Below, piece by piece: positions 52,478 through 61,779 of a stretch of 124,000 nt of DNA. Both the position numbers and the translations under genes were made by a program. Origin of the DNA: Hyalangium minutum (GTDB lineage Bacteria; Myxococcota; Myxococcia; Myxococcales; Myxococcaceae); NCBI RefSeq assembly GCF_000737315.1, contig NZ_JMCB01000004.1:20001-144000 (forward strand), read 5' to 3'. The notes under the pieces were generated by a model. The model searched no databases. It was not told where the DNA came from and was given only the letters and a program-made list of their open reading frames with translations. Each line of letters starts with the position of its first letter. The stretch's first letter is position 1.

Positions 52478-55400
52478 GTGAGGCTCGCCTTGATGGCGGG
52501 CCTGCTGCTGACGGTGGCCACCACGGCCAGCGCCAGCTGGACAGTGAAGGACGTCCCCGGCACTCCGAATGACGTGGAGGTGTGGGACGACACGCGCTTC
52601 TCCGTGTCGACCAGCACGGGGGCCTATCTGTACAGCACGGATGGGGGGACGCTCGCGAGCCTCTCCACAGGCCCCTCCACAGGCACCTACCTCACGGGCA
52701 ATGGATGTTTTGCCAGCTTCGTGAGCAACGATTCCGTGGTGTCTCCGGCGAACTGTGCCGGCGCGGACAACGTGCTCGGTGATAACCGGCTCGCGGGTCC
52801 CAAGGTGAAGGCCACCGAGACAGGGGCCTTCTACGCGTTGGTCCAGGAGCCTGACCTCGGTGCCGCACGGGTCGCTTTCGGGCCTCCCGGCAGCTTCGAG
52901 GCGAGGCCCTGGCGCTCGTATCAACTGTTTTCGGGAACGGCGATGGCCTTGGGGGTGGCGCACCACGGAGCTGCGGAGCATGCGCTGGCTGCGGTGAGCT
53001 TCCTGCGCGACGTGAACCTGCACTGGTTGATCGATGGTTCCCCCGCTGGCACCCCGATCACCCCCCTCAACGATGGAAGCTTCCCGCCCAAGGAGGTACA
53101 GACCATCGACTTGTTCCCCACGGGGCGCGCCGATCCCACGGCCCTGCTCGGCTGGAACAATGGGCTCTACCGAGGGGAGCTGAGCCGCGGCCCCGGTGCG
53201 AATGTCTCCTTCGGGGAGGTCCCCCTGCCTGGGGGCCCGGGCCTGGTCACGGCCCTGGATGTGAACACCGGAGTGGGGGCTCAGCACGGCGATGGCTTCG
53301 GCATGGCCACGGTCCGGCGCTCGGGCGGTGTCGCCCTGTTGAGGACGGTGCCGACAACTCGGCCCCAGGACATTGGGACCCAGTGGGTGGCGAGCACGCC
53401 GGTACCCGCATTGTCCTCGTTGCTCAGCCCGAGGTACCTGGAGTGCCAGGGCGCGAAGCTGTGCGTCGTCGCGCAGACCACCGCCAATACGGGCAACGTC
53501 TTCGTCTACATCAATGACGCGCCTCCGCAGCTCATGGTGGGGACGGGGCAGGCCGAGCCGTTCATCCTGCCCGAGCGCACGAGCCGCACCGTCAACGTGA
53601 GCGCCCCGGACTCGGATGGGGATCCGGTCCGGCTGGAGGTGTCGCCGAGCAGCGTGTCGCTCCCGGGCCTCACCATGACGCCGACGGTGGTGGGTGGAGG
53701 CGTGGACCTGGCGATCACCGCGGGCGCCGTCTGCGCGACCATTTCCCAGCCGCTCACGATCACCGCGACCGACGGCCTGGATGGTCACGCGGTGGTCCGG
53801 AACTATCTGCTCCAGGTGCAGCACACCCTCCAGCCCAATGCGCCCGTGATCACGCCGCAGGAGCAGCCGGGCCCCATTCCGGCGGGCAGTGGGCGTCGGA
53901 CCTTCAAGGCCAGCCAGACGAACGCCGGGTGCGTCATCCGCGAGTACCGGTGGACGCCGCTGTCTCCGGGCGCTCCCCCGCTCGAGCTGAGCGGAGCGGA
54001 CAAGTCGACCGCGGTCTTCGACTCGCCCCAGATTTTGTGCAATCCGCTGGGTGAGACCCACCGCTACCTCGTGGAGGCCGTCGACGAGGGCGGGTTGGTG
54101 TCCCAGCCTACCGACCTCACCCTCCAGGTGTTGCCGTGGGGGGCCCCGAGCCCGCCGCTCGCGCCCAACACGCAGGTGACGGTGGTCGCGGGGGACACGG
54201 CGAGTGGGCCCGTGTGGCTGAGGCCCGCTGCACCCGTCCACCCCTGCGAGGGGAGCAACGGCTTCCCGGGCGTAGAGACCGTGTGGGAGCTCGCGGACGG
54301 TCAGCCGCCTCCCCCAGGAGTCCGGCTGGTGACCCAGGACGGCACGCGCATCACGGGCTCCAGAGTCGTGACGCCGGAGCTCGGCATTGAAGCGGACGAG
54401 TGCATCGACGCCGAGTTCTCCATCGACGTGCAGCACTTCACGGCCGGGGCGCCGGGGCCTGCCAGCGCCGTGTCTCGGGTGCTCGTGAAGGTGCAGAGCC
54501 ACTTGAACCCGGTCTCCGAGGGCACGGTGACGCTCACCCCGACCCTCACGACCGCGGAGTCCGTGGCCGGCATCGCGGGCGTGACGGGGATCCAGTGCCT
54601 CGACCAGCGCACGGAGCGGCTTCAGGCGCGCCTGACCTTGAAGCAGGGGGGCATGGTGATCCGCGAGGCGACGGTTCCCGTGCCGGGGCCCTGGCAGTTC
54701 ACGCTGGGAGAGGCGTGCTTCGGAGCCACCTACCAGCTCGAGGGCGAGCTGCTGGCTGGAAAGAACTCGGGCTCTGGGGTGCTGCCGGGTGGACCGCAGT
54801 CGGTGGTGGTGCGTGAGGACATCTCCGTGCCTCCCGTTGAGAGGGTGACGCTGGAGCCCATGGAGGCTCCGCACTTGACGGCCCAGTGTGGCCAGCCGGC
54901 CACCGGCACGCTGGAGCAGCGTCCCCTGGCGCCGTGCGCGGAGCTGCCGGTGTCCTGGGAGCAGGTGGGCGGACCCGCGCTCACGGAGGCCTCCTTCACC
55001 GGCCAGCGGATCGATGTAGCCACGCAGGAAGCGGACTTCGGGGCGCTCATCGGCCAGCAGGTGGTGATGCGCATGCGCGCCCGGACGATGCAGGAGACCT
55101 CGCTGGATCAGGAGATTCCCATCACCGTGGAGCCCTTCGTCGAGCTGCAGCGCCGCACCGAGCGGGGCACGGGCACCGACACGGGGCTCGTGGGCGTGTC
55201 CGTGGAGTTGCGCAACACCACGGCGTGCGGCGTGAGCGAGGTGGAGCACTGGGAGCGCCTCGAGGGCATGGACTACCAGCCTGGCAGCGCGCGCTTCAAC
55301 GGCACACCCGTGGAGGCCGAGCTGGACGGGGACGTGCTCAAGATGAAGGGGCTCGTGCTGGAGGGCGGCAGCTTGGGCCAGCTCACCTACGTGGTGCGCC

Positions 55401-55579
55401 CGCGGCTGCTCGAGAGCGCCCGCTTCGAGGGCCAGTCCTTCCTGCGCAAGGTCTCCCTCTCGCGCCCGCTGGAGGAGCCTCCCGTCGAGGGGTGTGGATG
55501 CTCGGGTGGGGGCTCGGGGCTGGCCGCGTTCGGGCTCGCGAGTCTGGCTGCGGCGTTGCGCAGCCGGCGGGGACGTTGA
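52478..55579 (+). CDS. Large surface protein with a DUF11-like domain and MYXO-CTERM anchor
   Basis: Signal peptide, Ig/PKD-like repeats and the C-terminal GCGCSGGGSGLAAFGLASLAAALRSRR. Confidence 0.8.
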   Translation: MRLALMAGLLLTVATTASASWTVKDVPGTPNDVEVWDDTRFSVSTSTGAYLYSTDGGTLASLSTGPSTGTYLTGNGCFASFVSNDSVVSPANCAGADNVLGDNRLAGPKVKATETGAFYALVQEPDLGAARVAFGPPGSFEARPWRSYQLFSGTAMALGVAHHGAAEHALAAVSFLRDVNLHWLIDGSPAGTPITPLNDGSFPPKEVQTIDLFPTGRADPTALLGWNNGLYRGELSRGPGANVSFGEVPLPGGPGLVTALDVNTGVGAQHGDGFGMATVRRSGGVALLRTVPTTRPQDIGTQWVASTPVPALSSLLSPRYLECQGAKLCVVAQTTANTGNVFVYINDAPPQLMVGTGQAEPFILPERTSRTVNVSAPDSDGDPVRLEVSPSSVSLPGLTMTPTVVGGGVDLAITAGAVCATISQPLTITATDGLDGHAVVRNYLLQVQHTLQPNAPVITPQEQPGPIPAGSGRRTFKASQTNAGCVIREYRWTPLSPGAPPLELSGADKSTAVFDSPQILCNPLGETHRYLVEAVDEGGLVSQPTDLTLQVLPWGAPSPPLAPNTQVTVVAGDTASGPVWLRPAAPVHPCEGSNGFPGVETVWELADGQPPPPGVRLVTQDGTRITGSRVVTPELGIEADECIDAEFSIDVQHFTAGAPGPASAVSRVLVKVQSHLNPVSEGTVTLTPTLTTAESVAGIAGVTGIQCLDQRTERLQARLTLKQGGMVIREATVPVPGPWQFTLGEACFGATYQLEGELLAGKNSGSGVLPGGPQSVVVREDISVPPVERVTLEPMEAPHLTAQCGQPATGTLEQRPLAPCAELPVSWEQVGGPALTEASFTGQRIDVATQEADFGALIGQQVVMRMRARTMQETSLDQEIPITVEPFVELQRRTERGTGTDTGLVGVSVELRNTTACGVSEVEHWERLEGMDYQPGSARFNGTPVEAELDGDVLKMKGLVLEGGSLGQLTYVVRPRLLESARFEGQSFLRKVSLSRPLEEPPVEGCGCSGGGSGLAAFGLASLAAALRSRRGR

Positions 55580-55609
55580 TCGAGGGCTCCGGCCTCGGAG
55601 CCCGCAGCC

Positions 55610-57289
55610 TCAGAGCCCGAAGGAGATGCGGCGCTTGCTGCTGGACTCCTCGCGCCGCTCCTGGAGGATGCCCATCAGCTCCAGGCCGTGCAGCGTGGCG
55701 AGCGTCTCGCGCTCCGAGAGATCCGTGAGCGTGAGCAGATCCTCGACCGTCTTGGAGCCGTCCGCGTAGGCCAGCAGCATCGCCTGGGGGCCTGTCAGCT
55801 TCAGCTCGTGCAGGGCGTAGGGCGGAGCGGCCGTGGGTGACAGCCGGCGCGGGCGCGGCATCTTCTGCCGCAGGGACACCAGCGTCTCCAGCTTGAGCAC
55901 GCCCTCGAGGATGAGATCGCCCGGGAAGATGGACAGCTTCACCAGCCCCGTGCGCTGCAGCCGCATGGAGCTGAAGCCATAGCCCCCCGAGCTCCACGCG
56001 AAGGTGGACCAGATGATCTCCTTCACCTGCTCCTCGACGAGCTGACGGCGCTTGTCCGCGTCCAGGAGCCCCAGGCGCATCATCGCCTCCCCGGTGCGCA
56101 CGCCCTCCTCCTTCGAGAGCGCCGCCACGGCCTGCAGATCGCTGTCGGAGAGCAAGCCCCGGCGCGCGCAGAAGCGGGCGAAGCGCTCGTTGGCGAGGTT
56201 GGAGGCGGCGTACACGGGCTGGCCCGCTTCGAAGTAGACGACCTTGAGGACCTGTCCCTGCTTGAGCTTCAGCTCCCCGTGGTGGCGCGTCTCGTAGTAC
56301 GCGTTCAGGAGCCGAGGGATCGTGGCCTCCTTGATCTCTCCCTCGAGCGTCCACTCCGGCAGGGCGCGGCGGCCCGCGCGGGCTGGGGCCGGGGCCTCCT
56401 GGCCCTTCTGCTTGGCCCACACCTTCTCGCGCTCACCGAACGGCAGGACCTCCGGCTCGGCGGGGGCTGGCTCGGGCTCGGGTGCGGACTCGGGCTCGGG
56501 TGCGGACGTGGGCTCGGGCGCAGCGGCTGGCTCCGGGGACGCCGAAGCCACCGGGGGCTCGCTGGCAGCGGGGGACTGGGGCTCACCCTGAGTCGAGGAG
56601 GCGGCCTCGGCCAGCTCGGCCAGGAGCGCCTCGTCAGGGCCCAGCGTGGGGAGGGCGACACGGTGGCTGGACTGCTCCTCCTCCTCCTCTTCAGGGAGGA
56701 AGGCGTCCGGAGGCAGGGCGGTCGCGTGAGGCTGGGTCACCTCGTTGTCGGTGACCTCGCGCGGGGGAGGGGGCGGGGACAATGCCGCGGCTGGGAGCAG
56801 GCTCTCCTTCGGGCGCTCGGGCGGGGGCTCGCCCTTGTCCTCATCCTCCGGGAGCAGCTCCATGAGCTCGAGGATGGACTCCTCTTCCTCCTGGGCCTCG
56901 GGCGGGGGAGGGGGCGGGGCTATTGTCCGAGGCAGGCCGCACTTCTGCTCGAGGGCGTCCAGCAGGTCGTCCAGCTTGAAGGGCTTGGAGAAGAAGTCCC
57001 GAGCCCCGTAGACGCTGGTGGCCTCCCGGGCGAGCTTGTCCCCCTTGAACACGCCGCTGATGGCGATGGCGGGGATGCCGTGGGGGATGAGGGCGGTGAG
57101 CAGCTCGGAGCCGCGCATGTCCGGCAGGAGCAGGTCCACCACGGCCGCGTCGTAGGCACGGGGGCGGAGCAGCACGAGCGCTTCCTCCCCCGTGTGGACG
57201 GCCTGGGCCGAGTGGCCTCGGCTCTGGGCGGCCGCCACCATCAGGGAGGCGAGTTCGTGGTTGTCTTCGACGATGAGCAGTCGCGCCAT
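55610..57289 (-). CDS. Response regulator with a DUF4388/PATAN-like domain
   Basis: Receiver (LLIVEDN, DLLLPD), acidic Pro linker, LEGEI...PRLL..GELKL...VVYFEAG.PVYA.SN. Confidence 0.85.
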   Translation of the reverse strand: MARLLIVEDNHELASLMVAAAQSRGHSAQAVHTGEEALVLLRPRAYDAAVVDLLLPDMRGSELLTALIPHGIPAIAISGVFKGDKLAREATSVYGARDFFSKPFKLDDLLDALEQKCGLPRTIAPPPPPPEAQEEEESILELMELLPEDEDKGEPPPERPKESLLPAAALSPPPPPREVTDNEVTQPHATALPPDAFLPEEEEEEQSSHRVALPTLGPDEALLAELAEAASSTQGEPQSPAASEPPVASASPEPAAAPEPTSAPEPESAPEPEPAPAEPEVLPFGEREKVWAKQKGQEAPAPARAGRRALPEWTLEGEIKEATIPRLLNAYYETRHHGELKLKQGQVLKVVYFEAGQPVYAASNLANERFARFCARRGLLSDSDLQAVAALSKEEGVRTGEAMMRLGLLDADKRRQLVEEQVKEIIWSTFAWSSGGYGFSSMRLQRTGLVKLSIFPGDLILEGVLKLETLVSLRQKMPRPRRLSPTAAPPYALHELKLTGPQAMLLAYADGSKTVEDLLTLTDLSERETLATLHGLELMGILQERREESSSKRRISFGL

Positions 57290-57317
57290 GGGGGCCTGCC
57301 ACCATACCATTCAGCTC

Positions 57318-57704
57318 ATGGACGTTCAGGGCTTCCACCATGTGGCCATTCAGGCGAGAGATGTGGAGCGGGTGACCGCCTTCTACCGGGACCTGTTAGG
57401 GCTCCCGGAGCTGACCCGGCACCACCGCCCGGACGGCTCCCTGCGGAGCATCTGGGTAGGTGTCCCCGGAGGTGGGTTTCTGGCCATCGAGGCCGTGTCC
57501 GGGGAGCCCGAGCCACTTCCCTTCCGCCACGAGCGGCCCGGCTACCTGCTGCTGGCCTTCCGCATCCCCCGGGCCTCCCGGGGGGTGACGGTGGAGGCGC
57601 TCCTCCGCGCGGGGGTGCCCCTGGAGCACGAGACGCGCTGGACCGTGTACGTCCGGGACCCGGAGGGCAACCGGGTGGCCCTCAGCCATCACCCGGAGGA
57701 CTGA
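57318..57704 (+). CDS. VOC/glyoxalase family protein
   Basis: FHHVAIQARD....FY...LGL and YVRDPEGNRVAL. Confidence 0.88.
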   Translation: MDVQGFHHVAIQARDVERVTAFYRDLLGLPELTRHHRPDGSLRSIWVGVPGGGFLAIEAVSGEPEPLPFRHERPGYLLLAFRIPRASRGVTVEALLRAGVPLEHETRWTVYVRDPEGNRVALSHHPED

Positions 57705-57767
57705 CCGGGTACAACCGTCAGGGGTCGCCTTGCGAAAGGCGGACCCCCTAGGTATCAAGCGAGCCAC

Positions 57768-59531
57768 ATGCGCCTTGGGGAACTGCTCATCCAAGAGAAG
57801 CTCATCACGCCCCAGGCCCTGGAGGAGGCCCTGGAGGCGCAGGTCGTCCATGGCGGGCGCCTGGGGACGAACCTGCTGGAGCTCGGGTTCATCTCGGAGA
57901 AGGACCTGGCGCGCATGCTGGGGCAGCTGCACGGGTGTGCGCACTCCTCGGGGACGATGACCCCGGATGCCCAGGCGCTGGCCCTGGTGGACCTCAACGA
58001 CGCGGACAACAAGGACTACCTGCCCATGCGGGCGGACGCGACGCGGCTGAGCCTGGCGGTCATCAACCCCCGGGACTTCGCGACGCTGGATGCGTTGGCG
58101 TTCAAGACGGGCAAGCGGGTGGTGCCCGTGGTCATCCCCGAGTTCCGGATGAACCAGTTGCTGCGCCGCTACTGCAAGGCGTTCCGGCCGCTGCGAGCCA
58201 TCGACATGAACGCCATCCGGCCGCCCAAGGCGGCGCAGGAGGCGGCGGCGGGCGCTCAGGCCAAGGCCAATAAGACGGCGGAGCTCATCAGCGAGGATGA
58301 GTTCCAGTCCGTCTACGCCCAGGCGCTCACGGGCGGCGCTCGCTCCGAATTCATCAACGAGCTGCTCGAGGAGGAAGAGGAGGTCATCACCGGCGAGGAG
58401 GTTGTCGCCGAAGAGGAAGAGGTCATCACCGGAGAGGTACTGGAGGAGCCCGCGCCCGCGCCTGCGGCACCCGAAGAGGTGTACGCGTCGCTGCCGCCCG
58501 CTCCGCCCGAGCGGCCGACGCTTCCCATGTGGACGCTCCCGGCCGTCATGCCTTCACTGGAGCCGGCACCTGCCCCGAGCAAGCCCCCGGTTCCGGACTA
58601 CCCGATGCCTCCGGTGGCGCCCCCTGTGGCCGCTCCGGTGGCTCCTCCCGTGGCCTCTCCCGTGGCGCCGTTCCGGCCCGTGCCCTCGGAGCCTTCGCCT
58701 CCCGTGCCGGACATCCCGTTCATCCCAGCGCACGTTCCCACGCCCGCGGAGACGCCCGCGCGCCGCCCCACAGCGGCCTTCATCCCGGTTCCCTCGGACG
58801 CTGCCGCGCCGCGCGCCGCGCCGCCGGTGGGAGCGCTGCCTCCCGTGGCGCCGATCGTTCCGCCCGTGGCTCGGCCCACGATTCCTCCTGTCCCCACTCA
58901 GGCCAAGGCTCCGCCCGTCGCGGCCAGCCCGGGTGTCGCCGCGCCTGCGAAGCCGGGTGTCGCCGCGCCAGGGAAGACGGTGACTCGGCGTCCTGCCGCG
59001 CTCTCGGCCAAGCCGCCGCCTCCGAAGCCGCTCAACTTCGCGGAGGCCCAGGCACAGCTCTCGCAGAGCTCGGACCGCGAGGACGTGGCGACGACGGTGC
59101 TGCGCTATGCCGTGGGCCGGTGGCGGCGGTGCCTGCTGCTGTCGGTGCAGGGCAGCCTGGTGACGGGCTGGCACGGCATGGGCCGAGGCGTCCGGGACGC
59201 CGCGATCCGCCGCATTGGCGTGGCGCTGCGCGAGGGCAACACCTTCCGGCTGGTGCGGGACACGCGCTCGCACTACATCGGGCCGGTCCGCCGGGACACG
59301 GCGATGAACGTCTTCTACCGGCTGCTCGGCGCGGACAAGCGGCCGGAGCCGCCGTTCCCGAAGACGTCCGTGATCCTCCCGCTGCTCGTGCGGGGCAAGG
59401 TCGTCCACCTGCTGTACCTTGACAACGGTCCAGACCAGCTCACCACGCCCGATGTGGGCGAGCTGCTCATCCTGGCGCAGAGCGTGGCCCGCTCGTACGA
59501 GGCCATGATCCGGCGCCGCAAGAGCGCCTGA
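57768..59531 (+). CDS. MshEN (GspE N-terminal)-domain protein with a Pro-rich linker and GAF-like C-terminus
   Basis: Tandem RLGELL...LEAQ / RLGTNLLELGFI motifs; no ATPase domain. Confidence 0.8.
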   Translation: MRLGELLIQEKLITPQALEEALEAQVVHGGRLGTNLLELGFISEKDLARMLGQLHGCAHSSGTMTPDAQALALVDLNDADNKDYLPMRADATRLSLAVINPRDFATLDALAFKTGKRVVPVVIPEFRMNQLLRRYCKAFRPLRAIDMNAIRPPKAAQEAAAGAQAKANKTAELISEDEFQSVYAQALTGGARSEFINELLEEEEEVITGEEVVAEEEEVITGEVLEEPAPAPAAPEEVYASLPPAPPERPTLPMWTLPAVMPSLEPAPAPSKPPVPDYPMPPVAPPVAAPVAPPVASPVAPFRPVPSEPSPPVPDIPFIPAHVPTPAETPARRPTAAFIPVPSDAAAPRAAPPVGALPPVAPIVPPVARPTIPPVPTQAKAPPVAASPGVAAPAKPGVAAPGKTVTRRPAALSAKPPPPKPLNFAEAQAQLSQSSDREDVATTVLRYAVGRWRRCLLLSVQGSLVTGWHGMGRGVRDAAIRRIGVALREGNTFRLVRDTRSHYIGPVRRDTAMNVFYRLLGADKRPEPPFPKTSVILPLLVRGKVVHLLYLDNGPDQLTTPDVGELLILAQSVARSYEAMIRRRKSA

Positions 59532-59565
59532 GCCAGCGAAACGGTCCTCTCCGGCCGCGCCTTAT

Positions 59566-59805
59566 CCGAACCGGTCTGGTTGTTGGACAGGTTGGGCCAC
59601 GGAAAGGTGGGACGGGTGCCCCTGGGCACACTCTGTCCAGACCGGTCTGGCTGTCAGACAGGTTGGCGCGGAGCGGGTGGGGTGAGCGTCCTCCGGCCGT
59701 GCTTTGCCCGAACTGGTCTGGCTGTCAGACCAGTTGTTGCGCAGCGCGGGGGAGGGGCTCCCCGGAGGCGCCCTGTCCGGACCGGTCTGGTTGTCAGACC
59801 CGTTT
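59566..59805. repeat. Four roughly 25-bp palindromic repeats spaced about 70 bp apart (REP-like array)
   Basis: A(C)(C/T)GGTCTGG(C/T)TGT(C/T)(A/G)GAC..GTT copies start at 59570, 59641, 59712 and 59781. Confidence 0.85.
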
Positions 59806-59841
59806 GTAAGCAGTGCCGCCGGGAGGGGCTGACCGGCGCCG

Positions 59842-61767
59842 CTACTCGCCTTCTTCCTGGTCCTCGAAGTCGACGCTGAAGTTCACGCGCTGGGTGGGTT
59901 CGACCACGAAGGACTTCTGCCAGCGCGCGCCGTTCACGATGACCACGAGCCGGTGCGCGCCCTCGTAGAGATCCAGCTCTTCCACGGGGGCCTTGCCCAC
60001 GTTGCGCCCGTCCACCTGAACCACGGCGCCCTCGGGGGCATGCACGTTGACGAAGCCCTTGTTCAGGTAGATGCGGACGGTGGTGCGGCCCTCGGGCCCC
60101 ACGGTCACCGTGCGCGAGGTCTGGATGCCCAGTGCCGAGTTGCTCAGCGACAGCAGGTACCGTCCCGGCGTCAGAGGCGCGATCACCGGAGTGCGCCCCA
60201 GCGGTCCACCATCCGGGAGGAAGGCGTCCACGCGCGGGTCCACGATCAGCTCCAGCGTGGGCTCGACCCCGGCATCCACGCCGCCATCCGTGCCTCCGTC
60301 AGCACCCAGCTCAGGCACTCCCGCATCCGCGGGCACGCCGCCATCCGCGAACGCCATCGGGTCCGTGGAAGGGGGCACGATCTGCGAGGGATCGGCGTTC
60401 AGCAGATCTCCCAGGCCCGGGATGTTCAGCGGGATCCTGTCTCGCGCGACGACCACGGCCGCCGCCACCGAGATCAGCATCAGCGATGCGATCACGGCCA
60501 CTACCGGGAATCGCGAGCCGGAGCCCTTCGCCGCCGGAGGTGGTGGCACGGGCGCCACGGGTCCAGCCGGCGCAGCCACGGGCGGCTGAGGCGTGGGAGC
60601 GGACGCTGCGGCAGGTGGGGGCACCGCGGCAGGAGCCGGCGGCGCGGAGGGGGTGGCGGGAGGCGTCGCGGGACGCGCAGTCGCGGAGTTCCCAGCCGGA
60701 GGAGGCGCGGCCGGGGCTTGTGGCTTGGGCGTGCTGGCCGGAGGCTGCGACGGAGCCTTGGCCACCGGCGCCGGGGCCGGAGCGGCAGGAGCCACGGTGG
60801 GCGCGGAGCCCGTCGCGGGCTTCAACGCACCCGAGTGCTTGATCGCCTCCGCGATCCCGAACTCGAGCACCTTGCTCCGCGCCGAGCGGGCCTCGTCGTT
60901 CACCGGGAAGAGCCGGTTCATGAACGTCATCAAGACGTCCTGAGGCGGCAGGTCGCCCATGGCCTCGACAATGGCCTCGCGCAGGGCGAGCGCCGAGGGG
61001 TAGCGCTCATTGGCGCGCTTGGCAGTGGCCTTGTGCACCACCGCATCCAGCCCGCGCGGGACATTCAGCGGCAGCGAGGGCAGCGCCTCCGTCAGCGTCG
61101 CCGTGTCCGCGTCCTTCGCGTCCTTGAAGGGGATCTTCCCCGTGAGCAGCTCGTACAGCGTGAGCCCCAGCAGGAAGACGTCCGTCTGCACATTGACGGC
61201 ATCGCGGCCGCCGAGCAGCTGCTCGGGAGCGCTGTACTTGCGCCGGTTGCGCACACGGCGGCCCCCGCGCTCGCGAGGCGCCACACCCAGCGCGCCGTAG
61301 CCCGTCACCTTGCACACGCCCGTGAACGAGATGATCAGAGTCTCCGGACGCACGTCTCCGTGCACCAGCGGCGTACCGTCATCGTTGCCGGCCATGTGCG
61401 CGTAGTGGATGCCCACGGCCGCGTCCGCCACGATCTTCGCGGCGAGCGGGGGCGGAATCTTCGGCGTCACCTCCATCACCCGGCGCAAAGTCTCGCCGTC
61501 GGCGTACTCGGTGACGCGCGCCAGGCCCTGATCCAGCTGCGTCAGGCCATGCACTTTCAGGATGTGAGGGTGATCGAAGACGACCGCGCGGTTCGTCTCT
61601 CTTCGCAGCTTGTCGATCAGCTCGGGATCCTGAGCCACTTCCTGCGGCGCCCAGATGAGCACCACGGGAGTTGGAGCAGCGCCCTCTTCGAGGGCCAACC
61701 CCAAGAAGGCCCGAGAACCCTCGCCCGACAGCAGAGGGCCCAGCGGTTGATAGCGAACCTGGCTCAT
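59842..61767 (-). CDS. Ser/Thr kinase-like protein (probable pseudokinase) with TM and PEGA domains
   Basis: Kinase fold with HGDVRPETL, GYG in place of DFG, and SAPE; Pro linker, TM, PEGA repeats. Confidence 0.85.
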   Translation of the reverse strand: MSQVRYQPLGPLLSGEGSRAFLGLALEEGAAPTPVVLIWAPQEVAQDPELIDKLRRETNRAVVFDHPHILKVHGLTQLDQGLARVTEYADGETLRRVMEVTPKIPPPLAAKIVADAAVGIHYAHMAGNDDGTPLVHGDVRPETLIISFTGVCKVTGYGALGVAPRERGGRRVRNRRKYSAPEQLLGGRDAVNVQTDVFLLGLTLYELLTGKIPFKDAKDADTATLTEALPSLPLNVPRGLDAVVHKATAKRANERYPSALALREAIVEAMGDLPPQDVLMTFMNRLFPVNDEARSARSKVLEFGIAEAIKHSGALKPATGSAPTVAPAAPAPAPVAKAPSQPPASTPKPQAPAAPPPAGNSATARPATPPATPSAPPAPAAVPPPAAASAPTPQPPVAAPAGPVAPVPPPPAAKGSGSRFPVVAVIASLMLISVAAAVVVARDRIPLNIPGLGDLLNADPSQIVPPSTDPMAFADGGVPADAGVPELGADGGTDGGVDAGVEPTLELIVDPRVDAFLPDGGPLGRTPVIAPLTPGRYLLSLSNSALGIQTSRTVTVGPEGRTTVRIYLNKGFVNVHAPEGAVVQVDGRNVGKAPVEELDLYEGAHRLVVIVNGARWQKSFVVEPTQRVNFSVDFEDQEEGE

Positions 61768-61779
61768 GTGGTGATCATG

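Noticed and set aside
48883-55579. traA/traB kin-recognition locus
   Set aside because: There is no PA14-like domain or Cys-rich repeat tract in the MYXO-CTERM protein, and no OmpA/TSP3 domain in the barrel.
59566-59805. CRISPR array
   Set aside because: Only four degenerate repeats, spacers of about 45 bp, no AT-rich leader, no ATTGAAA-type end and no cas genes in the window. Kept as a REP-like repeat.
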